Shown: positions 19,621-30,276, numbered from the stretch's first letter. The stretch: 64,000 bases of DNA from an uncultured Chloroflexia bacterium (GCA_963752475.1 CAVVYR010000004.1:96001-160000); one strand, 5' to 3'. A program made the numbers and translations. Notes: generated by a model not told the origin, from the letters alone.

Positions 19621-20672
19621 CTACTCGGTGACGATGAAGTCGCCCTGCATGGTGTAGTAGTGGCCCGGGACGGTGCAGGCGAAGCGGATATCGGTCAGAT
19701 CCTCGGGCACGACCCACTCGAGTTCCTGAACGCCGAGGTTCCAGTCCGGGATGCCCACGTCGGTGACGCCACCCATCACCTGCAGCTCATCGTCGCTGCC
19801 GATGTAGAGGTTATGCGGGAAGCCGGCGGTGTTGTCGACGCGGAAGATGACCGTCTCGCCTGGCGTGACCTCCAGCTCGCGGATCTGCTCCCCGCCCTGG
19901 AGGAAGCGGATGGCTGCGTCGGCCTCGAGCTCGATGACCCGGGCTTCGCCGCTCGGCTCCGCAGGCTCGGCCGGCTCGTCTGGTTCGGCGGGCTCGGCGG
20001 GCTCCTCGGGCTCGGCGGGCTCGGCTCGCGGGCTCGGCCGGCTCCTCGGGCTCGGCCGGTTCCGCGGGCTCGGCGGGTTCCTCGGGCTCGGCCGGCGCGC
20101 CATCGGCGACCGAGAACGTGCCCGACATCGTGTAGTAGTGGCCGGGGACGGTACAGGCGAACTTCAAGTCGGTCAGATCCTCGGGTACGACCCACTCGAG
20201 TTCCTGGACGCCCGTCGACCAGTCGGCGATGCCGATATCGGTCGTGGCTGAGGGTACCGACAGCTCCGCGTCCGTGCCGATCCAGAAGTTGTGCCCGAAG
20301 CCGGCGGTATTGTCGATGCGGAAGATGACGGTCTCGCCGGGCGTGACGGGGATGTCGGGAACGGGCTGACCGCTGGCGTCGGTGAAGCGCAACGCGCTGT
20401 CAGCCTGCAGGTCGATGACCCGGGCCTCTCCGCTCGGCTCGATGGGCTCGGCCGGCTCTTCGGGTGCCGTGGGCTCGGCCGGCTCTTCGGGCGCCGTGGG
20501 TCTCGGCGGGCTCCTCGGGCTCGGTCGGCTCGGCGGGCTCGGTCGGCGTGTCGGCGAGATCCGAACCGTTGTCGGGTGCGGGTGTCCAACTGCTATCCGA
20601 ACCACTCGAACAGGCAGCCAGCACGAAGGCAAGGGCGAACAGGGCCACGACGACCCTTGGGAGACTCTTCAT
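19621..20672 (-). CDS. Lipoprotein with two tandem auracyanin-like cupredoxin domains; several frameshifts in the Pro/Glu linkers
   Basis: Lipobox LAAC; two copies of HN...FACTVPGHYYTM(S/Q)G type-1 copper motif; (PAE/PEE)n linkers broken near 20500 and 20030-20100. Confidence 0.75.
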
Positions 20673-20687
20673 AGAGTGGATGCTAGA

Positions 20688-23600
20688 TCAGTCGGCGGAA
20701 TTGGATGTCGCCGACTCGGAGGTGCCCTCCGGCACCAGGCCCTGGCGGATGGCCACGCCCGCTGCCTCGGTCCGGCTGGAGACCCCGAGCTTGGCCAGGA
20801 TCCGTCGCACATGGACGTGCACCGTGCGCTCGCTGATGAAGAGGCGAGAGGCGATGTCGCGGTCGGTGCGACCCTCGGCGAGGATGTTGAGCACCTCGCT
20901 CTCGCGGGGACTGAGGCCGTAGGTCTGGGCCGGGCCCTTGCGCAGTGAGGCGATGACCTGCTCATCGATAGCGCGGGCGATGTCCGGACTTCCGGCGCCG
21001 CTCGTCCCTGGTCCCACCGCGACGGCCTCCGGCTGACCGGGACCCACGGCCACGACCTCCATCTCGCCATCGGGCTCAGGCAGCGTCACGCGGGCTCGCT
21101 TGCCCAGGTCGACGACGGCTCCCAGCAGTGGCCGTGCGCCCAATCGGCGGGCCAGCAGGTAGGCCTCTGCGAGCGGTGCGCGCGCCTCGATGCGAGCAGA
21201 CTCGCGGTCGTCCTCGGGGGCCGCGGCGAGGATCGCGAGGGCCTGCCACCAACGCGCCTTGGCTTCGCGATAGGGCATCTTCCGCCAGCCCCAGGCCTCG
21301 GCGATCGAGGCCCATGTCTCGGGTTCGGACGTGCCACGGACCCTGTCAGCATGCGCGCGTGCCGTCCTGAGCTTGAGCTCGGCCTCGTGGCGCGCTCCGA
21401 GCTCCGGCCCGAACGACGAACGCTGGATCTGCTCCTGCGCCTCAGGGATGACCTGCTCGACGAGGGCGCGGGCGCGGGCGATGAGGCCGGCGTCGTTGGA
21501 GGCGCGACCATGCTCCGCGGCCGCGGCGGCTGCCTCCGCACAGGTGGATGCGGCCCAGGCGACGTCGTCGAGCTCCTCCGTCTCGAGCGCGCGCGGCCAC
21601 TCGCGCTCGGCCACCGACAAGGCGCCCTCGGGATCGTCCGACCACAACGCCAGGCTGACCACCGCACGCAGCTTGGTCGAGGTCCACTGCCCGGAGGGAA
21701 CGGTCTCGAGGCTCAAGACGCCCTGGCCGACCTCGCTCGAGGCTTCGGCGTCGGCGCGGGACTCGGTCAGGATCAGGCCCAGCACCAGGTGCGGCCACCA
21801 CGCGGCCTCCTGGGCACCCCAGTCCATGGCCGTTCGCACCTCCGCCTCGGCTTCCTCCCAGCGACCGAGCTGGAAGAGGACATCAGCAGCGTTGATGCGG
21901 AGGAAGGCGCCGTATGAGACCGCCAGGCCACCCACGGCGGCGTCCTCCAGGAACTGGTGCGTGGCCTCCACGGCCTCCTCACGACGTGAGTCGAGGTCCA
22001 GCAGCGTCGTGCGGTTGGCAGCCACGCGCATGAGATCGTCGAGGCGACCGGCCTTGCGCGCGATGTCTGATGACTCGGTCAGGAGCTTCAGGCCACGCTC
22101 GAGGTCGCCGAGGTAGGCCACGTCCATGGCCAGCGTGCAGGTGGCATGGCCGTACTCGGCGATCGATCGTTCGTCCGGCGCATCGGCAGCCTTGGCGATG
22201 GTTCTCGCCAGCTCGGCGTACTCCGAGCTCTCCTTGAACCGCCCGGCGATCATCAGATGCTGCGCCAGGGCTGCCAAGGCACGGGCGCGGATCCGGCTCG
22301 GTGTGTCGGGGATGACGCCGAGGGCCCGCTCCATCGACTCGATGGCGCCGGAGAGCTCGCCGGCGTGCCACTGGTAACGACCAAGATCGGCGATCATCTC
22401 GCCCAGCACGGCGCGGGAGGCATCGTCGCGGGCGCCACGATCGGCCGAGGCCCGACGTGCGGCGCGGCTGTCGATGGCTTGGCGCTGCAAGGCGACAGCG
22501 TGGCGATAGCGGCCCGCGACCGCAGATGCTGCGGCAGCGCCGGCGAGCACACTCACGCGCATCTCGGGCGTGACCTCACCTTCCCACGGCAGTTCCAGGG
22601 CCGCCTCGTAGTGCAGCAGGACCGACTCAGCCGGGTCGAGCTGCATGGCTTCGGTAGCGGCACGCACGTGCGCATCGCGAGCTTCGTGCGGACGGGCTGC
22701 CACATTCCAGAACCAGGCGGCCACCGCCGGCGCCACCTCCAGCTGCTCGGCCAGGGCGGCGGCCATGGCCTGCCGTTCAAGGGTCAGTTCCAACGCCTCC
22801 ACGGCTTCGGCACAGAGGACATGGGAGATGGCCAGGCGCTCGCCCACCTCGACGATGAAGCCGCTCTTGATGGCGTCGTCTACGGCGCGGCTCGTCAGGC
22901 GGCCTCCCGGCGGGTCCAGGCCCAGGATGGTGGAGCGTCGAAGCGGACCGCGGGCGATGGCCATGATGCGCACGGCCCGGGCGGCGTCGCGACCCATGGC
23001 TTCGAGGTGTGCGCTACAAAGCTGGTCGAAGGTGTCAGAGAGCCGCACGCCCTCCAGCACCCTCACGCCCTGGGCCAGGCTGAGGGCGACGAGCGCGTTG
23101 CCACGGGCACCTTCGACGATGGCCGTGAGCACGCTGGCCGAGGGCCGCTCCCCGAGCGCGTCGGTCACGAGCTGGCCGATGGCCTTGTTCTCGAGCGGCC
23201 CCAGCTCAAGGCGCTGGACATCGGGCTCGCGCACCAGTTGCTCGGCCAGCTCGCGCATCGGATGGCGCCGGTGGAGTTCGTCGGGCTGATAGGAGATGAC
23301 CAGGCAGACGGGCAGGTCACGGCCGACACCGTCGAGCGCTTCGATGAGACCGCGGGTGGCTGGGTCGGCGAAGTGGAGGTCCTCGAGCATGAGCAACAGC
23401 ACGCCGTCACCGGCGAGCCGGCGCAACGTACCCAGGATCGACTCCAGCACGCGCCGGCCGAGCTGATCGGGGGCGATGAGCGCCGGAGCTTCGTGGGGGA
23501 TGCCCAGGCCGTCGAGTCGTTCAGCGAGCGAAGGGACGAGGACACACTGGTCATGGCCGACCCTGCCGACGACATCCGCCAGCCGCTCGTCGGGGACTTG

Positions 23601-23849
23601 GCCGAGGGCTTCCTCGAGCGCTTCCGACATGGCATGGTAGGGCACGCCCTGGGCAGGTTCGTACGCCCGGCCGCGGCAGGCGAGGACGCCCGGCACGTTC
23701 GAGACACGGGTCGAAAGCTCGTCGAGGAGACGCGAGCAGCCGATACCGGCCGGCCCGGTGAGCACGACTCGACCGAGCCGCCCCTCCGCGACTCGACGTA
23801 CGGCCTCGGCCAGCTGGGCCAACTCGCGCTCTCGGCCCAAGAACGCCAT
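20688..23849 (-). CDS. Large STAND (AAA_16)-LuxR transcriptional regulator, MalT-like
   Basis: FLGRERELAQL, P-loop GPAGIGCS, LMLEDLHFAD, TPR-like middle, C-terminal LSPRESEVL...IASRLFISERTVHVHVRRILAKLGV. Confidence 0.88.
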   Translation of the reverse strand: MAFLGRERELAQLAEAVRRVAEGRLGRVVLTGPAGIGCSRLLDELSTRVSNVPGVLACRGRAYEPAQGVPYHAMSEALEEALGQVPDERLADVVGRVGHDQCVLVPSLAERLDGLGIPHEAPALIAPDQLGRRVLESILGTLRRLAGDGVLLLMLEDLHFADPATRGLIEALDGVGRDLPVCLVISYQPDELHRRHPMRELAEQLVREPDVQRLELGPLENKAIGQLVTDALGERPSASVLTAIVEGARGNALVALSLAQGVRVLEGVRLSDTFDQLCSAHLEAMGRDAARAVRIMAIARGPLRRSTILGLDPPGGRLTSRAVDDAIKSGFIVEVGERLAISHVLCAEAVEALELTLERQAMAAALAEQLEVAPAVAAWFWNVAARPHEARDAHVRAATEAMQLDPAESVLLHYEAALELPWEGEVTPEMRVSVLAGAAAASAVAGRYRHAVALQRQAIDSRAARRASADRGARDDASRAVLGEMIADLGRYQWHAGELSGAIESMERALGVIPDTPSRIRARALAALAQHLMIAGRFKESSEYAELARTIAKAADAPDERSIAEYGHATCTLAMDVAYLGDLERGLKLLTESSDIARKAGRLDDLMRVAANRTTLLDLDSRREEAVEATHQFLEDAAVGGLAVSYGAFLRINAADVLFQLGRWEEAEAEVRTAMDWGAQEAAWWPHLVLGLILTESRADAEASSEVGQGVLSLETVPSGQWTSTKLRAVVSLALWSDDPEGALSVAEREWPRALETEELDDVAWAASTCAEAAAAAAEHGRASNDAGLIARARALVEQVIPEAQEQIQRSSFGPELGARHEAELKLRTARAHADRVRGTSEPETWASIAEAWGWRKMPYREAKARWWQALAILAAAPEDDRESARIEARAPLAEAYLLARRLGARPLLGAVVDLGKRARVTLPEPDGEMEVVAVGPGQPEAVAVGPGTSGAGSPDIARAIDEQVIASLRKGPAQTYGLSPRESEVLNILAEGRTDRDIASRLFISERTVHVHVRRILAKLGVSSRTEAAGVAIRQGLVPEGTSESATSNSAD

Positions 23850-23910
23850 AGGCCAGAAGCATAGACGCCTCGCGCCACGGCCTGACGTCCCGTGCCACAT
23901 ACTTCCGCAC

Positions 23911-24795
23911 GTGCCGGTGCATCCCAACAACACACTCAACGAGCTGAGTGGCGACGAATGGCTCTACTTCACCAAGTCCCTGCTGACGACGGCCTATCCG
24001 TCGGAGCTCGGCCATGGCGATCGCAAGGCCCACGGCGCCAACAAGCCGCCGCGCCTGATGGCGCGGCTCATCGAGTTCTTCACCAAGGGCGGTGAGCTGG
24101 TGCTCGATCCATTCGCCGGGGTGGGCGGGACGCTGCTGGGTGCCGCCATCGCGCGCACGCCGCGCCGGGCCATCGGCTTCGAGATCGAGCCACGCTGGGC
24201 CACGGTCTACGACGCGGTCGTGGCGGCCGCCTCTGCCGAGGGCGTCGAGCTGCGCGACCTGGGCGATGCCGATCCCGGCGGCGTTCGGAGGTTCGACCCC
24301 TCGGGCTCCGAGCTGCGCATCGGCGACGCGCTCGAGCTCATCACCGAGCTCGACGACGACACGGTGGACATGATCGCGACCGACCCGCCGTACAACCCAC
24401 AGCTGAAGATCACGATGTCCGGCGGTGAGCTGGCCAAGGACCACGCCAACCGACGCACCGACTACGCCATGGTCACCGACGATCCGGCCGACTTCGCCAA
24501 CAGCCGGTCATACGGGCAATACCTCGAGCGCATGGGGAGGCTCTTCGGGGAGCTGGCCCGCGTGCTGCGGCCCAAGGGCTACGCGGTGGTCATCGTGCGC
24601 GATGCCTACCAGGACGGGGCCTACCGCTTCGTGTCCGCGGACCTCGCGGCTCGAGCCTCGGCGCACGCGTTCGTGCCCAAGGGCGACCTCATCTGGTACC
24701 AGGCCGGGACACGGCTTCGTCCGTACGGGTATCCCCATGCGTTCGTGCCCAACATCGTGCACCAGCACATCCTGGTCCTGCGCAACGGGAACTAG
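23911..24795 (+). CDS. Orphan N4/N6 DNA (or RNA) methyltransferase
   Basis: Motif I VLDPFAGVGGT precedes motif IV TDPPY; RVLRPKG. Confidence 0.75.
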   Translation: MPVHPNNTLNELSGDEWLYFTKSLLTTAYPSELGHGDRKAHGANKPPRLMARLIEFFTKGGELVLDPFAGVGGTLLGAAIARTPRRAIGFEIEPRWATVYDAVVAAASAEGVELRDLGDADPGGVRRFDPSGSELRIGDALELITELDDDTVDMIATDPPYNPQLKITMSGGELAKDHANRRTDYAMVTDDPADFANSRSYGQYLERMGRLFGELARVLRPKGYAVVIVRDAYQDGAYRFVSADLAARASAHAFVPKGDLIWYQAGTRLRPYGYPHAFVPNIVHQHILVLRNGN

Positions 24796-24849
24796 GCCGG
24801 CTCGCTCGCTTGCACCGGCTGCAAGCCGTGAAGGACCCCGGCCTGGCGG

Positions 24850-25989
24850 CTACTTGTCGAGGAGGCGGTTCCTCAGGGCGTCGTCGCCGGCGGCCTCGAT
24901 GACCGTGTAGGCCATGCCCAGCGCGCCGTCGAAGATGGCCTGGTCAGCCGATGGGGTGGCGCAGGCGTCAGCGAACTCCTTCTGGTGGTTCACCGCGCCA
25001 TGCGTCTCGATACCCAGCATGGGATGGATCGAAGGCACCTCGTACGAGATATTGCCCATGTCCGTCGACACCGGAGGGGCCTCGGGCTCGAACTCCCGTC
25101 CCAGCGACTGGGCGTGCTTCTGATAGATGGCCGCCAGCTCGGAGTCGTGGCGCATGTCCTTGTAGGCCACGTCCTTCTCGAACTCCAGCGTGGCGCCGGT
25201 CGCCAGCGCACCGGCCTCGAAGATGCGCACGACCTGGGCTGTCAGCTCCTCGAGGCGATCCGCGGACGAAGCGCGGACCATGTACTCGGCCGTCGTACGC
25301 TCAGGGATGATGTTGGCCGCGTCGCCGCCCTTGGTCACGAAGCCATGGACGCGGTCGGTGGGCAGGAGCTGCTGACGCATGAGGCCGATGGCGGTCTGGG
25401 CCACCACCAGCGCATCTGCCGCGTTGATGCCCTGCCACGGGAAGCCGGAAGCGTGCGCAGCGCGACCGACGTAGGTCACCTTCAGCTGTTGCACCGCGAT
25501 GATGTCGGGCTCGGCCACGTCGGTCGGGAACGGGTGGACCATCATCGAGGCGTGGACGTCCTCGAAGAAGCCGGCGTCGATGAACTGGATCTTGCCGCCG
25601 CCACCCTCCTCCGCGGGCGTGCCGATGACGCTGACCCTGAGGCCCAACTCATCGGCCACCGGCTGGAGCGCGAGGGCGGCCCCGAGCGTGGCGGTGCAGA
25701 TGACGTTGTGGCCACAAGCGTGGCCCACGGTCGGCAGCGCGTCGTACTCGGCGCAGATGGCGACGTGGAGCGGGCCCGGACCGGTCGAGGCCACGAAGGC
25801 CGTGGGCATATCGCCGAAACCGCGCCGGACGTCGAAACCGGCGGTCTCGAGGACGTCGGTCAACCACTCGGCGGCCTGGACCTCCTCGTAGCCCAGCTCG
25901 GGGTTCTCATAGATGCGGTGCGAGAGCTCGACGAGACCAGGATGGGCAGCCTCGAGTGCCGCTCGCGCCGTAGCGTTGGCGTCTGTCAT
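24850..25989 (-). CDS. M20 family amidohydrolase (PM20D2/AbgB-like)
   Basis: NPELGYEE, AEYDALP, GHACGHN, GTPAEEGGGGK, STDMGNIS. Confidence 0.9.
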   Translation of the reverse strand: MTDANATARAALEAAHPGLVELSHRIYENPELGYEEVQAAEWLTDVLETAGFDVRRGFGDMPTAFVASTGPGPLHVAICAEYDALPTVGHACGHNVICTATLGAALALQPVADELGLRVSVIGTPAEEGGGGKIQFIDAGFFEDVHASMMVHPFPTDVAEPDIIAVQQLKVTYVGRAAHASGFPWQGINAADALVVAQTAIGLMRQQLLPTDRVHGFVTKGGDAANIIPERTTAEYMVRASSADRLEELTAQVVRIFEAGALATGATLEFEKDVAYKDMRHDSELAAIYQKHAQSLGREFEPEAPPVSTDMGNISYEVPSIHPMLGIETHGAVNHQKEFADACATPSADQAIFDGALGMAYTVIEAAGDDALRNRLLDK

Positions 25990-26040
25990 GTGCTCGAGTC
26001 TACGCCGGGCGCAGGGTCTCGGTTCGACGGGGCCTGAGGG

Positions 26041-26859
26041 CTAGAAGCCGGTCGTTCCCTTGCTCTCGCCCTTGCCGCTGGCGGTGCTGGACTTGGTGCC
26101 TGAGTAGCCGTAGCCACGGGTGGTCGTGGTCGTACGCGGGGCCACCACGCGGGTGCTCTCGGCCTTCAGCGTGTCGACGACCGAAGAGCGGACGGCGTCG
26201 GCGCTGCCCGACTCACCGGCCGTGCTCGACCCGACGGCCGAGGCAGGCTTGACGTTCGGTGCCGGTGCTGGCTTGGCAGCTGGGGCGGCGGGCGCGGCGG
26301 GCCTGCGAGGCTCGTCCGTGTCGCCACGTAGCGAGGCCGTGCCGCGGATGGTCTCGGCCGCGTCCTTGGGGGCTTCGGTGAGCATGTGCATCTCGCCCTC
26401 CACCGATGCGCCCTCGTGGAGCATCAACTTGAAGGTCTCGACACGGCCGGAGATGCGGCCACTGGCGCGGGCCTCCAGGCGTTCACGGCAGGTGAGGTTG
26501 CCGGTGAACTCGCCGGCGATGATGGCCTCGTCCACGATGACGTCGGCGTCAACCGTGGCGCCATCCTCGATGCGGATCTGGACGGCTTCGATACGGCCCT
26601 TGACGGAACCCTTGACCACGACCGTGCCGCGAGAGGTGAAGGTGCCCTCGAGGTGATCGTCGACCGCGACGACCGAGTCATCCGGACCCGGAGCGTCATC
26701 GGCCACGACAGGCTCTGTCTCGGGTGCCATCGGGGTGGCAGGAACGGTCGGGGTGTAGCCCGGCATCACCGGCTTGGCCGGCTGTGGCGGCAGCTCACGC
26801 ATGCCGGCAGGCGCGTCGGGCTGGTCGGCAGCTGGCTTGTCCCCGGACTGACTGAACAT
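26041..26859 (-). CDS. Bactofilin (polymer-forming cytoskeletal protein) with disordered termini
   Basis: LEGTFTSRGTVVVKGSVKGRIEA...GEFTGNL...GRISGRV...EGASVEGEM; GGAGG RBS. Confidence 0.8.
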   Translation of the reverse strand: MFSQSGDKPAADQPDAPAGMRELPPQPAKPVMPGYTPTVPATPMAPETEPVVADDAPGPDDSVVAVDDHLEGTFTSRGTVVVKGSVKGRIEAVQIRIEDGATVDADVIVDEAIIAGEFTGNLTCRERLEARASGRISGRVETFKLMLHEGASVEGEMHMLTEAPKDAAETIRGTASLRGDTDEPRRPAAPAAPAAKPAPAPNVKPASAVGSSTAGESGSADAVRSSVVDTLKAESTRVVAPRTTTTTRGYGYSGTKSSTASGKGESKGTTGF

Positions 26860-27159
26860 GGTTCCTCCAAGACGATCGGACGGCCAAGTGTAGGTCCGCG
26901 AATCGCTGATTCCGGTCGGCCACTCGGCCGCGGAACCCCTTCTGGTGCACGAAGGCCACACTTCTGGTCCGTGACTACACCCTGCCACTCAGGAGCGCCA
27001 ACGCGAATGGGACGATTGGCCCACTGACCGCCCGGGACCACCTGCGAAGGCGCGGACGGTGCCCTGTCGTACGAATCGGACGATGTCCGCCTGCTCGTGC
27101 GCTGCTAGGCTGACGTGGTTGGGGGAGATTTCTGCACGCCACATAGAGAGGGAACACGA

Positions 27160-27663
27160 ATGAAACGACCGATCGGGGTCATGCTGCTGGCGGCCGGTGC
27201 CGGCCTTGCGGCGCTCTATCAGATCTATCTGATGCTTGTCTACATGGGCATCGTCAACTTCAGCATCGTCGGGCAGGACGTCGCCTTCCCCGAAGCCCAG
27301 TGGGGCGCCGCATTGTGGTCGCTGCTCATCGCGGCCATCTGGGCCTGGGTTGCTATCGGCTTCTGGAACGTGCGAGCCTACGCCGTCCAATTCGGCCTGT
27401 TCATCAGCCTCTTCACGCTGATCTGGGGCTTCTTCGCGCTCCTCTTCGGCAACACCTACGAGGCGCAGACGATCCCCTGGCTGCTGGCCGGCGCGATCTA
27501 CCTGTACCTGAGCTACCCGGGAGTGCAGCAGCACTTCGTCGAGAACGAGCGTGCGCAGCTGACACAGGAACAGCTTGACGCCATCGATGCCCTCGAGCAG
27601 GCCAACGCCAAGGCCGCCAAGCAGAAGGCGCCGGGCATGGGCGGAGACCAGCAGGACTCCTAG
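27160..27663 (+). CDS. Four-TM membrane protein of unknown function
   Basis: MKRPIGV start, four hydrophobic segments, YLSYPGVQQHF. Confidence 0.7.
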   Translation: MKRPIGVMLLAAGAGLAALYQIYLMLVYMGIVNFSIVGQDVAFPEAQWGAALWSLLIAAIWAWVAIGFWNVRAYAVQFGLFISLFTLIWGFFALLFGNTYEAQTIPWLLAGAIYLYLSYPGVQQHFVENERAQLTQEQLDAIDALEQANAKAAKQKAPGMGGDQQDS

Positions 27664-27697
27664 TCGCCCGCGGCCAGATTGCCGCACCGAACGTCAC

Positions 27698-27731
27698 GAC
27701 GCCCGTCAGGCCCTGAGGCCCGGCGGGCGTC
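27698..27731. terminator. Hairpin between convergent genes
   Basis: GACGCCCGTCAGG...CCCGGCGGGCGTC inverted repeat. Confidence 0.5.
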
Positions 27732-27744
27732 TTCGATCCTGGGC

Positions 27745-28581
27745 CTAGCCGCCGAGAGCCTTGATCATCACCTTGAGGGGCGCCTTCTCGCCGGTCCAGG
27801 CCTCGAAGCCCGCGGCACCCTGACGAGCAAGCATGCCCAGCCCGTCGAGCGTCCGGTGCCCACCAGCGGCAGCGATGCGCAGGAAGGCCGACTCCGACGT
27901 CTCGGGGTTGAGATCGCAGACGACGGTGTCGGTCGAGAGCGCGGACAGGTCGACATCGACGTGCGCCTCAGCGGCAGCACCTGAGCCCATCCCCACGGGC
28001 GTACAGTCGACCAGCACGTCGCAGGGCGGCACGGCCAGCGTGCCTTCCCATGGCAAGGCCACCGCCTCCACCTCCGTCTTGGTGTCGAGGATCCCGACCA
28101 ACTCTTCGCGATGCGGCGCGGTCCGGTTGGCGATGGTCACCCGCTTGGCCCCAGCCAGCGCCAGTGACACCGCCACCGCACGGGCGGCTCCACCGGCACC
28201 GAGGATGACGACATCGAGCCCAGCCGGGTCGTACCCAGAGTCCCGGATGGACCAGACGAAGCCCGAGCCGTCGGTGTTGGAGCCGATGAGACGGCCACCC
28301 GGCCCCCGCACGACGGTGTTGCAGGCGCCGCTGATCTGGGCCGAGGGCTCAAGTTCGTCGAGCAGCGGGATGACCGCGATCTTGTGCGGGATGGTGCAGT
28401 TGAAGCCGCCGAACTCGAAGAGCCGTGCCGCGTCCACGGCCGCCTCGAGGTCCTCGGCGCGCACACGGATGTCGAGGTAGCGCCAATCGAGCCGGGCGTG
28501 CTCGAAGGCCGCGTTCTGCATGATCGAGGTCGGGTTGCCCTCGACTGGATCGCCAAAGACGGCGACGTACTGTGTGGTCAT
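27745..28581 (-). CDS. aroE: Shikimate dehydrogenase
   Basis: GFNCTIPHK, GACNT, NTDGSGF, GAGGAARA, ANRT, DGLGML. Confidence 0.88.
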   Translation of the reverse strand: MTTQYVAVFGDPVEGNPTSIMQNAAFEHARLDWRYLDIRVRAEDLEAAVDAARLFEFGGFNCTIPHKIAVIPLLDELEPSAQISGACNTVVRGPGGRLIGSNTDGSGFVWSIRDSGYDPAGLDVVILGAGGAARAVAVSLALAGAKRVTIANRTAPHREELVGILDTKTEVEAVALPWEGTLAVPPCDVLVDCTPVGMGSGAAAEAHVDVDLSALSTDTVVCDLNPETSESAFLRIAAAGGHRTLDGLGMLARQGAAGFEAWTGEKAPLKVMIKALGG

Positions 28582-28662
28582 CGGTCGATGCTCCTCCTCG
28601 TGAGCCAGCGGTCGTGGCACCACCCTACGACGGCGCCGCGCCGCGCGTATCCTCGATTCACT

Positions 28663-30145
28663 ATGCCCAACGAACCGCTCATCCTGGCCATCGACCAGGG
28701 CACCACCAACACCAAGGCCATTCTCGTGGACCACGAGGGCTCGGTCGTGGCACAGGCCTCACGACCGATGGATATCGAGTACCCCCGGCCGGGCTGGGTG
28801 CAGCAGGACGCCGCTGCCATCTGGACTGCCGTGCGCGAATGTGTCGACGAGGTCCTCCGATCGGCCGGCTCCCCTACCCTGGCCGGTATCGGTATCTCCA
28901 ACCAGCGCGAGTCGGGCGTGGCCTGGGACGCCACCACGGGCGACCCCGTCGGCCCGGTCGTCACCTGGCAGTGCCGCCGGTCGGCGGAGCTGTGCGACTG
29001 GCTGCGCGGCGCCGGACGTGCGACCGAGATCCAGGAGCGGACGGGCTTGCCGCTCGACCCCGGGTTCACCGCGGGCAAGTGGCGCTGGCTCCTCGATGAG
29101 GCATCCGATGGTGCAGCACGGGCGGCGGCCGGCGAGATCCGGCTGGGCACGGTCGACAGTTGGGTGCTCTGGAACCTGACCGGTGGCGCGATCCACGCGA
29201 CCGATGCCAGCAACGCCTCGCGCACGCAGCTGATGGACCTCGCAGGCGTGGCCTGGGATCCATGGCTGGCGGAGGCGTTCGGTGTCCCGTCGCCGCTCTG
29301 CCCGGAGATCCGCCCGTCGAGGCGCCGATTTCGGGGAGACCGTGGCCGTCGGAGCGCTGTCGGCTGGGGTGGCGGTGGGTTCGCTGGTCGGTGACTCACA
29401 TGCCGCACTCTTCGGCCATGCCGGGTTCGAGCCCGGAGCGATCAAGGCCACCTACGGCACCGGCTCGTCGCTGATGATGCCCACGCCGATGATGCTCAGG
29501 TCCGATACCGGTCTCGCCGCCACCGTGGCCTGGGGTCTCGATGCGACGACCTACGCCCTCGAGGGCAACATCAACGTCACCGGGGCCGCCCTGCAATGGG
29601 CGGCCGACTTCCTGGGGCTGGAGGGATCGGCCGCGGTGGCGGCCCTGGCCGAGGGCGTCGAGTCAAACGAGGGCGTCTACCTTGTGCCGGCCTTCACCGG
29701 CCTGGGCGCGCCGCACTGGGACGACCAGGCGCGTGGCCTCGTGAGCGGACTGACCCGCGGCACGTCGGGCGGCCACCTGGCGCGTGCAGCTATCGAGTCG
29801 GTGGCCTACCAGGTGCGTGACGTCTTCGAGGCCATGCAGTCATCGGCCGGGGGCGCACTGACGGTGTTGATGGCCGATGGTGGCCCAACGCGGAACGAAC
29901 AGCTGATGCAGTTCCAGGCGGACATCGTCGGTGTGCCGGTGCAGCGCAACGACACAGCCGAGCTGTCAGGCATGGGCGCGGCCTACCTGGCCGGCCTGGC
30001 GACGGGCGTCTGGTCCTCTACGGACGAGCTCGCGGCCCTGCCGCGCTCGATCAAGCGCTTCGAGCCGATCATGGAGTCGGCCAAGCGTGACGAGCTCGTG
30101 GCCGGTTGGCAGGACGCAGTCGCTCGTACGACGTTGCACCCGTAG
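28663..30145 (+). CDS. FGGY kinase, glycerol kinase-like (probable apulose kinase); frameshift near 29290-29325
   Basis: LAIDQGTTNTK, SNQRES, WQCRR, GTVDSW, TDASNASRT; then GDSHAALFG, KATYGTG, PAFTGLGAPHWD, ADGG; adjacent to split transketolase. Confidence 0.75.
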
Positions 30146-30218
30146 CTCCTGTCGCGGTCGATGCTCCGGCGACCGCTGGCCTCGGGCGCGCAGCGCCGTC
30201 GCCGGACAGGTGCGCCGG

Positions 30219-30276
30219 TTGACATATGCAGTGCTGCATCGCTATGCTGATTGCGTGTTCATGCGATAGTGAATAG
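30219..30276 (+). promoter_or_regulatory. Sigma-70 promoter with overlapping palindromic operator candidates
   Basis: TTGACA (30219)-N18-TATGCT (30243); ATGCAG-TG-CTGCAT palindrome in the spacer; TGTTCA...TGAATA just downstream. Confidence 0.65.

Noticed and set aside
26860-27159. Riboswitch or ncRNA in the 300-bp intergenic region before bactofilin
   Set aside because: No recognisable riboswitch consensus; a covariance-model search would be needed.
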